This document shows, one piece after another, positions 45,700 through 55,584 of a DNA stretch of 64,000 nt. A program made the translations under genes and the position numbers. The notes beneath the pieces were generated by a model. The model saw only the letters and a list, made by a program, of their open reading frames with translations, did no database searches and was not told where the DNA came from. Numbering within the stretch: the stretch's first letter is position 1; every line of letters begins with the position of its first letter. Source of the DNA: an uncultured Atopobium sp. (GTDB lineage: Bacteria > Actinomycetota > Coriobacteriia > Coriobacteriales > Atopobiaceae); contig CAUSVW010000006.1 of assembly GCA_963535155.1 (NCBI GenBank), positions 3,847 to 67,846 of the forward strand, in the 5' to 3' direction.

Positions 45700-46491
45700 A
45701 TGTATACACCTCAGGATCACACGTTTGCTGTCTGCGCTTATGGCGAGAGCCCCTATCTAGAAGAGTGCATTCTCTCGCTCAAAGAGCAGACTCTTTCTAC
45801 GAATATTCTTTTGGCTACTTCAACACCAAATGAACTGATTCAGTCTCTTTGCGAGAAGTACAACATTCCCATGCATGTTAATCCCGGTCCGGGAGGCATT
45901 GCTGGCGACTGGAACTTTGCCGTAAGCGTTTGTACAACTCCGTTAGTAACCATCGCTCACCAAGATGATATCTACAAACCAAACTATGCAGAGTACATGC
46001 TTGAACGCGTGAACAGATCTTCTCGCCCGCTGATTTATTTCACCAATTACGGTGAGCTGCGTGATGGCGAGGAGGTTCTTGAGAATCGCCTGCTTAAGGT
46101 AAAGCGTCGTCTCCTGTACTCGCTCTCCAAGCCAGAAAATGCAGGTAAAGCATGGGCTAAACGTCGTGCGCTTGAGCTGGGTTGCGCCATTTGCTGTCCA
46201 AGCACTACGTTGGTGCTGCCCAACCTTGAGGCTCCCGTTTTCAAGGCTGGATTTGGCTCTAACCTAGATTGGGAAGCCTGGGAGGCAATCAGCAGACATG
46301 AGGGCGATTTTTTGTACGATACCCGCGTTCTGATGCTCCATCGCATTCATGAAGACTCCGAAACCAGCCACCTTATCCACGATAACCGTCGTGAAAAGGA
46401 AGACCTTGAGATGCTCAAGAAGTTCTGGCCAACTCCTGTGGCTAAGCTTATCAACCTGGCTTATAAGAGTGGCCAGAAGAGTAACGGCTAG
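45700..46491 (+). CDS. GT2 family glycosyltransferase
   Basis: FAVCAYGESPYLEECI, WNFA, HQDD, LDWE. Confidence 0.85.
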   Translation: MYTPQDHTFAVCAYGESPYLEECILSLKEQTLSTNILLATSTPNELIQSLCEKYNIPMHVNPGPGGIAGDWNFAVSVCTTPLVTIAHQDDIYKPNYAEYMLERVNRSSRPLIYFTNYGELRDGEEVLENRLLKVKRRLLYSLSKPENAGKAWAKRRALELGCAICCPSTTLVLPNLEAPVFKAGFGSNLDWEAWEAISRHEGDFLYDTRVLMLHRIHEDSETSHLIHDNRREKEDLEMLKKFWPTPVAKLINLAYKSGQKSNG

Positions 46492-46610
46492 TGATGATAG
46501 AGTATGTCAACAACTTATACACATTATCGCAATCTAGTTACGAGCTTTTGCGAAAACATAAAATAAGCTTGTTTAAATTTATTCCACTTAAACAAGAGAC
46601 TTCTTCGACT

Positions 46611-48725
46611 ATGACCACATCGTCAGCCAATAAAAAACTACTCATTATTCACGGGGCACTCTACACACTTGTGTTAACTCTGACCTGGTGGGCACTTCTG
46701 CCAGCAACAGCTCAGGCGTACGTTGACCCATCCGTCATGACCTACACTATCCAGGCGCTGGCTGCGGTGGTAGTTGCTCTTTCTGCCGTGCTTGGTGTGG
46801 CATTTAGACGCTCTCGCAAGGTGCTCTTCCGTCTGCTTAAGATTGACGAGAACGCAAACAAGATTGTCGAAGGCAAAGTGCATAAGGTTGACGTCAAAGG
46901 TGCAGAAGCTGCAAACGCTCAGATGAAAGAAATCCTCGCAGCAGAAGCCATTCGCCTTAAAGAACAAAAAGAGGGCACCCTCAAGCCTAAGGGCCGCATT
47001 GGCGTTGCATTTCTTATTTCATTCTTCACAGTCTTTACTATCTTGGTTGTAGCCCCACTTGAGCTGGTAGCCAGCAATGCAAAGGATTTATCGTTTAGTC
47101 TTAATGACGTAGCAGGTCCTGTATTTTTAGCTGGTCTTTTACTAACGCTTATTTCTACTGCAGTGCTTTCATTACTTCGCAAACGCGTATTTAACGTTGC
47201 AGTTGCGCTCGTAGGCGCCATCGGCGTAGCGTCATATGTTCAGGCAGTGTTCTTGAACGGTGGCATGCCACTTGCTGATGGTCATGAGGTCATTTGGTCC
47301 AACTTTACCAATCAGATGATTGTCTCTGGCCTCATTTGGCTGGCAATTATTGCAGCTGCAGTGATCTTCTCGCTCCTTAAAGCAAGGCAGCTTAGAACGG
47401 GTCTTTTGGTAACCGCAACAGCTCTTATCATTGTCCAGGCAGTGGGCGTTGCAAGTTTATGGGGACCAGCTGTAGCTGCTTTTACCGACGTAAACACAAG
47501 AGAATCTCAGCAAATCTATGCCACAAGAGATGGACTCTTTAACGTCTCTTCCAAAAAGAACGTTGTGGTCTTTGTTTTGGATACCACTGATACAGCCTTT
47601 GTACAGCAAATCTATAACGAGTATCCCGAGACATTCGCCCATATGACAGGCTTTACCTGGTACAGGAACTCTGTTGGATCAATGATTCCTACACGATACG
47701 GAATTCCTTCTCTTGTCTTTGAAAATCGCCTACAACCCGGTCAATCATTTGGAGACTTTGTTAATGGTTGGGCGGACAACAGCCATTATCTAGATGACAT
47801 CAATAAACTTGGTTACTCCGTTGGCTTGTATACCGATAACTTCAACTCAATTTATACCGACTACATGCACAACCGCACTATCAACTATCACGAGCTTCGT
47901 GGTCGCGGTTCAGAAAACCAGCTTAATGTTCTTAGCGCACTTCGCATCCTCTACAAGACAGCGTTCTGTAGAGATATGCCTTGGGTGTTTAAGCCTCGAT
48001 TCTGGTATTACACCGAGGACCTCAACATGCGTATGATGAGAAAATTTACGTACGACGAGGTTGATATGTCTTCTCAGCGCTATAACGAAGATGACCTTAA
48101 GTATTATCAGGAACTCCAGCACTATGGCCTGTCTGTTCATGATGAAAACGATACAGGAAGCTTCCGCTTTATCCATCTTATGGGATCCCATGGTCCTTTC
48201 ATCCTAAATAGAAACCTTGAGCGCCCCAAAGATCCAAGCGAAGAGAATGAAATTGAACAGACGAGAGGTGCTTGGAAAATCGTAGATGCTTATATTGCAG
48301 AGCTTAAGCGTCTTGGCCTCTACGAAAACACCTCTATTATTGTGACTGCTGACCATGGTCGCTGGTATCTAACACCAAACGATATTACAGAGACATCTGC
48401 TCCAGCAATCTTCTATAAACCTGCTGGTCAAAGCGCAGAAGAAGCCGAACAACCAATGCAGATTTCAGATGCTCCTGTCTGGCACTACGATATCTTGGCT
48501 CAAACGCTCAAAGATATGGGCGCAGATTCTCAGATGCTCTCTAACTACACCACTCCTCTTGATGAGTCTTATGAGGGAGAGAATCGTCCTCGTTACTACA
48601 TTGAAACTATTACCGAGAATAACCGCGATGCAGAACTCAGAGAGTTTGTCATCAATGGCGATGCAACCGACTTTACTACCTGGAGTTTGACAGGAAATAA
48701 CTGGAGATTAGTCTCCGATAAATAG
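46611..48725 (+). CDS. Membrane protein with an extracellular alkaline-phosphatase/sulfatase-superfamily domain
   Basis: Multiple TM segments then NVVVFVLD, IPTRYG (Thr nucleophile position), HLMGSHGPF, IIVTADHG. Confidence 0.8.
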   Translation: MTTSSANKKLLIIHGALYTLVLTLTWWALLPATAQAYVDPSVMTYTIQALAAVVVALSAVLGVAFRRSRKVLFRLLKIDENANKIVEGKVHKVDVKGAEAANAQMKEILAAEAIRLKEQKEGTLKPKGRIGVAFLISFFTVFTILVVAPLELVASNAKDLSFSLNDVAGPVFLAGLLLTLISTAVLSLLRKRVFNVAVALVGAIGVASYVQAVFLNGGMPLADGHEVIWSNFTNQMIVSGLIWLAIIAAAVIFSLLKARQLRTGLLVTATALIIVQAVGVASLWGPAVAAFTDVNTRESQQIYATRDGLFNVSSKKNVVVFVLDTTDTAFVQQIYNEYPETFAHMTGFTWYRNSVGSMIPTRYGIPSLVFENRLQPGQSFGDFVNGWADNSHYLDDINKLGYSVGLYTDNFNSIYTDYMHNRTINYHELRGRGSENQLNVLSALRILYKTAFCRDMPWVFKPRFWYYTEDLNMRMMRKFTYDEVDMSSQRYNEDDLKYYQELQHYGLSVHDENDTGSFRFIHLMGSHGPFILNRNLERPKDPSEENEIEQTRGAWKIVDAYIAELKRLGLYENTSIIVTADHGRWYLTPNDITETSAPAIFYKPAGQSAEEAEQPMQISDAPVWHYDILAQTLKDMGADSQMLSNYTTPLDESYEGENRPRYYIETITENNRDAELREFVINGDATDFTTWSLTGNNWRLVSDK

Positions 48726-48759
48726 CTCACAAACACAGAGCTAAAAGCTTTAGATAAAC

Positions 48760-48797
48760 AAAAACGAGTCATTCTTACCACAGAATGACTCGTTTTT
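48760..48797. terminator. Bidirectional terminator
   Basis: AAAAACGAGTCATTCT...AGAATGACTCGTTTTT. Confidence 0.85.
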
Positions 48798-48824
48798 TAA
48801 GACATCTAGAATTGCAGAAACAAA

Positions 48825-49772
48825 CTAATCTCTCTTGAGCAGCTCACTCCAATCTGGAGTTGCAGAAAGAACCGTTCCTACAATAATGACAATGCAGCAA
48901 ATTACAACCAGTGGAGATGGAATTGCTTCAGGCATAATTGTTGGCAGGATAATACCTGCAAGAGCTGCAAAAATGACCGACCATGCAGAGTAAGAAATGT
49001 TCAGTGCCATACCGCGAGAAGCGCCAATGGCGTCAATTGCCTTGTAGTAGAAGAGATACGAGGCAGTACCAGCAAGTGCTGCAATAAAGACAACGCCATT
49101 TGCAGGAGTGAGTGCAACCTGTGCAGCAAAATCAACGGAACCAGCCAATGGCAAGATGAGAAGACCGTATGCAAATGCAGAGGTGGTTTCCCTAATCTGA
49201 AGAGCAGTCTCATTATCAACAGCATCGTCTTGCATACCCCAAGCCAAAATAACCGCCTCAGATCCCCAGCCAAAGACACAAGCAGCAACGCCCAAGATAC
49301 CCACAAGAACATTTCCGTTACCCTCGCCTGCTGCTGTTGAGAGACCAATAACCATGACGCCAACAAGAGCAACGATAAGGGCAATAATCTGCTTTAAGTT
49401 CATCTTTTCTTTGAGCAAAAGCCATGCTAAAAGCGAGCCGACGGCTGGATAAAAAGCTGAAATTGCAGCGGTGTAACCAGGTCCAATGGTGTTAATAGCA
49501 GCAAGGTAGCCACTCATACCAATTGGTCCACCCAGAAGTGCGCCAAGCATAACTACACGGCCACTCTTTGTTTTTGCTGCCTCAAGGGTGTCTTTAAGTC
49601 TGCCTTTCTGAGCCATCATGACTAAAAGAACTGCAGCGGCAAAGAAATCGTGCATGAATGCGCTGACAAATGACGCCTGAGCTGAATCAACATAAGGACT
49701 CATACCAAGAGCAACGCCAAGAATAACGGTATCAACCGCCCAAAGAATACCGCTTAAAAGACCGTAATACAT
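48825..49772 (-). CDS. licB: DMT/EamA family transporter, LicB-like choline permease
   Basis: About 10 TM segments, LLGGPIGMSGY, ISAFYPA, MALNISY; directly downstream of licC-licA. Confidence 0.75.
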   Translation of the reverse strand: MYYGLLSGILWAVDTVILGVALGMSPYVDSAQASFVSAFMHDFFAAAVLLVMMAQKGRLKDTLEAAKTKSGRVVMLGALLGGPIGMSGYLAAINTIGPGYTAAISAFYPAVGSLLAWLLLKEKMNLKQIIALIVALVGVMVIGLSTAAGEGNGNVLVGILGVAACVFGWGSEAVILAWGMQDDAVDNETALQIRETTSAFAYGLLILPLAGSVDFAAQVALTPANGVVFIAALAGTASYLFYYKAIDAIGASRGMALNISYSAWSVIFAALAGIILPTIMPEAIPSPLVVICCIVIIVGTVLSATPDWSELLKRD

Positions 49773-49789
49773 AGTTTCTCCTTTTGCTC

Positions 49790-51580
49790 TTAGTTCTGAG
49801 CGTCTTCGTACCAAGAAAGAACACGATCAATATTGTTTGCAGCGTAGCGATAGTAAATGAAGAACCACTCGCCTACGTTCTCGCCCTCTGCTTCCTTAAC
49901 CAGAGACCAGAGATACCAGCACCAACCAGCAAAGACTACATAGCTCCAGAAGTGTCTGCGCTGCTCAAACGTTGCCTCTTTTCCAAAGTAGTAATCAATA
50001 GCAGCATTAGCCTCATCGTCAGTAAGCTCACAGCAAACTGCGAAGGTACCAAAGTCATTAGCCTCATCTGACATGCCTGCATATTCCCAGTCAATAAGGC
50101 TGTAGGTACCGGCCTCATCAATCAAGAAATTCAGATAGAAGAAATCATTGTGTGAAATAACAATTGGATACTGATCTGCGTCTGCAAACTTCTTCAAGCG
50201 CAGGACCTTCTCGCGAAGCTCGTAGTAGCCAGGAATCTCAATAGGACCCTCTTCAAGCAGGAGTTTCTCGTAATTAAGACCCTCGTTGACAAAGTCAAAA
50301 GAACGATCAAGTGACGCGCCGCTATGATGCAGTTTATAACCCATCTCCATTGCGCGCTTGAGCTGCTCAGGATTATGAGGATCAAGATTCTGAGCGTTTT
50401 TCACAAACTTGGAAATCTTCCAACCTTCTTTTTGGTCCTCGTAAATAAAGGTGTTGTCTAGGCCAAGCTCACGAGCAAGTCGAAGACCAGCTTCTTCAGC
50501 TGCACGATCAACGAGTTTCTCGGTACCAACACCTGGATGCCTGTAGACATACTCCTGAGCATCATCACCATATCCCACAATAAAGTGAGCAGATAAATTG
50601 GTAAGTCCCTGTTTTAGAGGATAGAAACCGTGGATATCCTTCTTCTGGCAATGAAGCACCGAGACAATGTTGTCAAAAATCTCTGAGTCGATGTTCTCAA
50701 TAAATGCTGGGTCAAACTGACGAAGTTCATCAAGGGAATCAAACTCGTAAATAACGCCGTCAGGATACTTTCTAATGGTCATGGAAAGCTCTTTGATATG
50801 ACGGACGTAAATCTCTTCCCAGAGCATATCAACGGTTTCTGGCTTGTCGTAGACAGCCTCAAGAATATCTACAAACTTCTTTGAGAATTGCCTGTCAAAA
50901 TAGACGTGACCAAGCATAATCCAAGAATTTGAACCGCCAATTTCTACGCCAGTAATACGTCCACCACGTCCCTCTTTAAGGCACCACTCATCAGTTTCTC
51001 CTGCAACATACGTTGCTGAGTAATAAGCCTCATAGACATAGTGTTCAAATGGATTCTGAGTAAAGTAGTCATCTGACGAGCAGATATACGTATTATCAAG
51101 CTGATCTTTCACATACCAAAGCGTAGAGTTGTTATTTCTTGTTGCATAATCTGGGTTAACAACAATCTTGACGCCATACTTCTCCTCCAGATAGAAGAAG
51201 TACTCCTTCTTATAACCCACAACAACGGTGATGTCAGTAATACCAGCTTCAAGCAACTGATGAATCTGGCGCTCAATCAGAACTTCTCCACGAACCTTCA
51301 GGACACCCTTTGGCTTCTCATATGAAATAGGTGCAAAGCGAGAAGACAGACCAGCTGCCATAATAATGGCATTCTTAACCTCATAAGGTTTTAGAGCTTC
51401 AAGACCCTTTGGTGTGATGAGTCCCTCTTCAATAAGACCCTGGTCCTCAAGCGTTTTTACTGCTGAATTAACTGATCCCAAAGAAAGCTCAGTTTCTTCT
51501 GCAAGCTGTCTCTGATTGAGCCTCTCGTCAGAAAGAGCAATAGTTTTTAATACAGAAAACACGTTATTTGTTAGTGCCAC
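49790..51580 (-). CDS. Fusion of wHTH, CTP:phosphocholine cytidylyltransferase (LicC) and choline kinase (LicA)
   Basis: NQRQLAEETELSLGSVN HTH; AIIMAAGLSSRF; GLTN, HND, LIDWEYAGM kinase motifs; GTG start with GGAGG. Confidence 0.9.
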   Translation of the reverse strand: MALTNNVFSVLKTIALSDERLNQRQLAEETELSLGSVNSAVKTLEDQGLIEEGLITPKGLEALKPYEVKNAIIMAAGLSSRFAPISYEKPKGVLKVRGEVLIERQIHQLLEAGITDITVVVGYKKEYFFYLEEKYGVKIVVNPDYATRNNNSTLWYVKDQLDNTYICSSDDYFTQNPFEHYVYEAYYSATYVAGETDEWCLKEGRGGRITGVEIGGSNSWIMLGHVYFDRQFSKKFVDILEAVYDKPETVDMLWEEIYVRHIKELSMTIRKYPDGVIYEFDSLDELRQFDPAFIENIDSEIFDNIVSVLHCQKKDIHGFYPLKQGLTNLSAHFIVGYGDDAQEYVYRHPGVGTEKLVDRAAEEAGLRLARELGLDNTFIYEDQKEGWKISKFVKNAQNLDPHNPEQLKRAMEMGYKLHHSGASLDRSFDFVNEGLNYEKLLLEEGPIEIPGYYELREKVLRLKKFADADQYPIVISHNDFFYLNFLIDEAGTYSLIDWEYAGMSDEANDFGTFAVCCELTDDEANAAIDYYFGKEATFEQRRHFWSYVVFAGWCWYLWSLVKEAEGENVGEWFFIYYRYAANNIDRVLSWYEDAQN

Positions 51581-51730
51581 GGTTCCTCCAAATGAAGACC
51601 AATTAACTGCGAAATAAACTTCCATACCAATTAACTTCAGTCATAATACTCCTATGTTCAAATTTATACAAGTATGAACATATTTTGAACATATTACCTT
51701 CAGAGGATTGTCAAAGACTGCCAATCTAAC

Positions 51731-51756
51731 AAAAAACGGCACCTGAGATGCCGTTT
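51731..51756 (-). terminator. Terminator after the rfbA-rfbD-rfbB-licD operon
   Basis: AAAACGGCA...TGCCGTTTT. Confidence 0.75.
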
Positions 51757-51791
51757 TACCTTTTATGTATTGCTTTACAGGCGAGAAGACC

Positions 51792-52637
51792 CTAGTACGG
51801 ACCAAAATCCAAACGCGCTGGATAGTGGTTTTTACGCTTCTCAACTGGTGGCATTTGCATGTAATCGCCGTAAAGCATCCTAAGGAATTTATCATTTTGA
51901 TTAGGGAACGCTACTTGAATTCCATCAAAATCAAGCTTATCGACAGGAAAAACCTCATCAACTGGATAGGTATTTACAAACCTATCCGTATCGTGCAGGT
52001 AGGCAATTCTTTTTGTCTTAACGTGAGCAAAGCGGTTGCGGGCTTCCTGCTCACGCTCATACATTTTCTGAGTAGAGAGATGCAGCAGTTTGCAAACTCC
52101 CCTACCCATAGTAACTGCTGCCTTTAAGAGCTTTCCTTTGATGCCGTCGGCCAAAATAACAGGGCGAGGAACGTCAACGAGGATGCGCATATGTGACCAG
52201 AACCACGCATCAAATGCCTGCTTCTGATATTCCTTCTCGTCATCCGAAACATTATCAAAGCAGTAGACATCTAGGAAAATACCAAGGTCAAGAGGAAGTG
52301 GCGCAAGTGCTTCTTCGCAGAACTGTGTTCCTTTGAGCATAATGCGCGTGGTTGGGAATGGATAGTTGATATCCCTCTCAGTATTCATGATTGAATACTT
52401 TTCTGACCACTCTTTATCATAGATATCTAAGAGTTTGTTGAAGTCTTCTGCAGGAAGACAAACATCAATATCATCGTCCCAAGGAATAAATCCCTTATGA
52501 CGAAGGGCGCCAATCGCGGTGCCGCCAAAACCAAAATAGCGGATGTTGTTGGCTTCACACGTGTCTACGAAGTCCTTTAAAATCATCAGCTCAACTTGCT
52601 GGAGATGCTTAAGCGTTTCTGTATCGTATGTGCGCAT
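51792..52637 (-). CDS. licD: LicD family phosphotransferase (second copy)
   Basis: GGTAIGALRHKGFIPWDDDID, GIFLDVY, YGDYMQMPP. Confidence 0.92.
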   Translation of the reverse strand: MRTYDTETLKHLQQVELMILKDFVDTCEANNIRYFGFGGTAIGALRHKGFIPWDDDIDVCLPAEDFNKLLDIYDKEWSEKYSIMNTERDINYPFPTTRIMLKGTQFCEEALAPLPLDLGIFLDVYCFDNVSDDEKEYQKQAFDAWFWSHMRILVDVPRPVILADGIKGKLLKAAVTMGRGVCKLLHLSTQKMYEREQEARNRFAHVKTKRIAYLHDTDRFVNTYPVDEVFPVDKLDFDGIQVAFPNQNDKFLRMLYGDYMQMPPVEKRKNHYPARLDFGPY

Positions 52638-53704
52638 TATCGACCTTCATACATCTTCTTGTAGTAATCCTGATAATCACCGGAAACTACATTCTTAACC
52701 CACTCGCGGTTCTCTAAATACCAGTTGATAGTGGTAACAATGCCCTCTTCAAATGGAGTTTCTGGATACCAACCAAGCTCTTCTTTAATCTTATCGGGTG
52801 CAATACCATAGCGACGATCGTGACCTTTGCGGTCAGTAACGTAAGAGATTAGATCCTCAGTAATCTGAGTGTCACCAGTGATTCTTGCAACTTCACTGAT
52901 AATGCGCTTAACAATGTAGAGGTTGTTGCGCTCGTTATGACCGCCAACGTTGTAGACCTCACCAAGGCGTCCACCTTCAAGAACCATAGCAATTGCCTTA
53001 CAGTGATCATCAACGTACAGCCAATCGCGAACATTAAGTCCATCGCCATAGACAGGAAGAGCCTTGTGTTCCAAGCAATTCTCAATCATCAGAGGAATGA
53101 GCTTCTCAGGGAACTGATATGGACCGTAATTGTTAGAGCAACGAGTAATTACTGCTGGGAATCCGTATGTATCATGCCAGGCCTTTACAAACATATCTGC
53201 AGAAGCCTTAGATGCAGAGTAAGGGCTATGAGGGCTCAGTGGTGTAGTCTCACGGAAGAATGCTTCTGGATCATCAAGCGGAAGTGAACCGTAGACTTCA
53301 TCAGTAGAAACCTGCAGGTATCTGTGGTTACCGTAGGAGCCCTGGCCATCATTCCAGAAAGACTCTGCAACGCTCAGAAGAGCGACAGTACCCATAACGT
53401 TAGTGTCTGCAAAGGCACCCGGATCTTCAATAGAGCGGTCTACGTGACTCTCTGCTGCAAAGTTAACAACATAATCAGGATGATAGGTCTCGAACAGCTG
53501 TGTCAGAGCCTCTTTATCCCTAATATCTACGTGAGCAAAGGTGTAGCGAGGGTCTTGATCATATTCCGAAAGATTCTCAAGGTTGCCAGCATAGGTCAGG
53601 GCGTCCACGTTCAAAATATGAATGTCCTGATTTCTTCTAAGCATGTAGTGGATGAAGTTTGAACCAATAAATCCAGCTCCACCAGTGACTAAATAGGTTT
53701 TCAC
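52637..53704 (-). CDS. rfbB: dTDP-glucose 4,6-dehydratase
   Basis: GGAGFIG, AAESHVDRSI, STDEVYG, YSASK. Confidence 0.97.
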   Translation of the reverse strand: MKTYLVTGGAGFIGSNFIHYMLRRNQDIHILNVDALTYAGNLENLSEYDQDPRYTFAHVDIRDKEALTQLFETYHPDYVVNFAAESHVDRSIEDPGAFADTNVMGTVALLSVAESFWNDGQGSYGNHRYLQVSTDEVYGSLPLDDPEAFFRETTPLSPHSPYSASKASADMFVKAWHDTYGFPAVITRCSNNYGPYQFPEKLIPLMIENCLEHKALPVYGDGLNVRDWLYVDDHCKAIAMVLEGGRLGEVYNVGGHNERNNLYIVKRIISEVARITGDTQITEDLISYVTDRKGHDRRYGIAPDKIKEELGWYPETPFEEGIVTTINWYLENREWVKNVVSGDYQDYYKKMYEGR

Positions 53705-53705
53705 A

Positions 53706-54605
53706 CTAACCTCTTTCTACCTTCGAAAGATATGTTGCAAGAGCCTCTTGCCAAGGCCTCATACAATTTCCAATGGTACTCTCAAGATGCCCATTTACCA
53801 AAGATGAATATGCGGGGCGAGAAGCGCTTTCTGGGTGCATCTCTTTCCACTGAGCAGAAGTTACTCTAGCAACCTTACAATCAAGATTACTGCCAGCCAT
53901 AATAGCTTCGGCAAAATCAGCCCACGAGCACGTTCCCTCATTGGTTGCGTGGTAGATGCCATAGTTCTCAGTAGCCGCAATGCACAAGATTGTGTGTGCC
54001 AAATCATTTGCGCTGGTAGGATTACCTACTTGATCATCAACAACACTAATCTCTGGATACTTTGCACCAAGGGTGCGCATGGTTGCCACAAAATTTTTGC
54101 CAACATAACCATAAAGCCAAGCCGTTCTAACCACAAACGTTTGAGCATTTGCAGCCAGCGCAAGTCCCTCTCCTGCTAATTTGGATCGACCATAAGCAGA
54201 AACAGGACAAGGAGCATCTTGTTCCGTGCGAGGAGAGCTTTCCTTACCGCTAAAGACATAATCAGTGGATACCTGAACAAGCTTTGTTTGTGTAGAGTTG
54301 CAAGCTCGTGCAAGATTCATAGGGCCGAGCGCATTTACCGCAAAAGCCATCTCAAAATTGCTCTCGCAACCATCTACATTTGTTGCGGCAGCACAGTTAA
54401 TAACAACGTTATAGCGTTCATGCTGGTCAAACCATGTATTAACTGCCTCAGCGCTAGTGATGTCAAGCTCGTCTGCGTCGGTATAATCAACATCTGGTTC
54501 AACAAAAACCTCTGGAATTGGGCCAATCTCAGAGACACCGGACTCAAAAAGACATTTGAGCTCGTTGCCTAACTGGCCATGCGCACCGGTAATAAGAACG
54601 TGCAT
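53706..54605 (-). CDS. rfbD: dTDP-4-dehydrorhamnose reductase
   Basis: GAHGQLG, STDYVF, YGRSK, DQVGNPT. Confidence 0.96.
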   Translation of the reverse strand: MHVLITGAHGQLGNELKCLFESGVSEIGPIPEVFVEPDVDYTDADELDITSAEAVNTWFDQHERYNVVINCAAATNVDGCESNFEMAFAVNALGPMNLARACNSTQTKLVQVSTDYVFSGKESSPRTEQDAPCPVSAYGRSKLAGEGLALAANAQTFVVRTAWLYGYVGKNFVATMRTLGAKYPEISVVDDQVGNPTSANDLAHTILCIAATENYGIYHATNEGTCSWADFAEAIMAGSNLDCKVARVTSAQWKEMHPESASRPAYSSLVNGHLESTIGNCMRPWQEALATYLSKVERG

Positions 54606-54606
54606 A

Positions 54607-55509
54607 CTACTCTCCCTTTCCAGAAGGAAGGATACGTCCTTCTGCAACGCTCTTGAGGTGCTCGCCATACGTAGATTTACCGTAGCGTTCTGCACATTCA
54701 ATGAGTTTTGAGCTATCAATCCAGCCATTCTCAAAAGCAATCTCTTCTGGAACGCTTACCGGCAGGCCCTGAGCTGTTTCAACGGTACGGACAAAGGTTG
54801 ATGCCTCAAAGAGAGACTCCATAGTTCCTGTGTCAAGCCATGCAAAACCGCGGCCAAGTGTGACGACGTCAAGCGTGCCATCCTCAAGATACAGACGATT
54901 AAGATCAGTAATCTCGTACTCGCCACGAGCACTTGGCTGAACTTGCTTTACCAGCTCAGTAACACGCTGATCATAGAAATAGAGACCGGTTACGGCATAG
55001 TTAGATTTTGGATGAGCTGGCTTTTCTTCAATTGAAATAGCGTTGTAGTTCTTATCAAACTCAACAACACCAAAACGCTCTGGATCATCCACGTGGTAAC
55101 CGAAAACGGTAGCTCGACCAGCAGTTTGTGCCTGTTGGGCAGCTTTTCTGACAAGTCCTGAAAGACCGTTTCCAAAGAAGATGTTGTCTCCAAGAATCAG
55201 AGCTGCAGCGTCATCACCAATAAACTCTTTACCAATAACAAATGCCTGAGCCAATCCATCAGGTGAAGGCTGTTCAGCATAGCAGATAGAGATGCCAAAA
55301 TCAGAACCGTCACCCAAGAGTTTCTCGAAATTTGGAAGGTCACGAGGAGTAGAGATAACAAGAATGTCTCTAATCCCCGCCAGCATAAGCGTAGACAGAG
55401 GATAGTAAATCATTGGCTTGTCATAGACAGGCAGGAGTTGTTTAGACGTAACGGTTGTCAGCGGATAAAGCCTGGTACCGCTACCTCCTGCAAGAATAAT
55501 GCCTTTCAC
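54607..55509 (-). CDS. rfbA: Glucose-1-phosphate thymidylyltransferase
   Basis: [36 protein letters not shown]. Confidence 0.97.
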   Translation of the reverse strand: MKGIILAGGSGTRLYPLTTVTSKQLLPVYDKPMIYYPLSTLMLAGIRDILVISTPRDLPNFEKLLGDGSDFGISICYAEQPSPDGLAQAFVIGKEFIGDDAAALILGDNIFFGNGLSGLVRKAAQQAQTAGRATVFGYHVDDPERFGVVEFDKNYNAISIEEKPAHPKSNYAVTGLYFYDQRVTELVKQVQPSARGEYEITDLNRLYLEDGTLDVVTLGRGFAWLDTGTMESLFEASTFVRTVETAQGLPVSVPEEIAFENGWIDSSKLIECAERYGKSTYGEHLKSVAEGRILPSGKGE

Positions 55510-55584
55510 AATCCACTCCTCATCAATCGGGTTTCTCGCGCAATGGTACTTAGAATAACGCTCATACGTAAGCTTACCAAAGTC

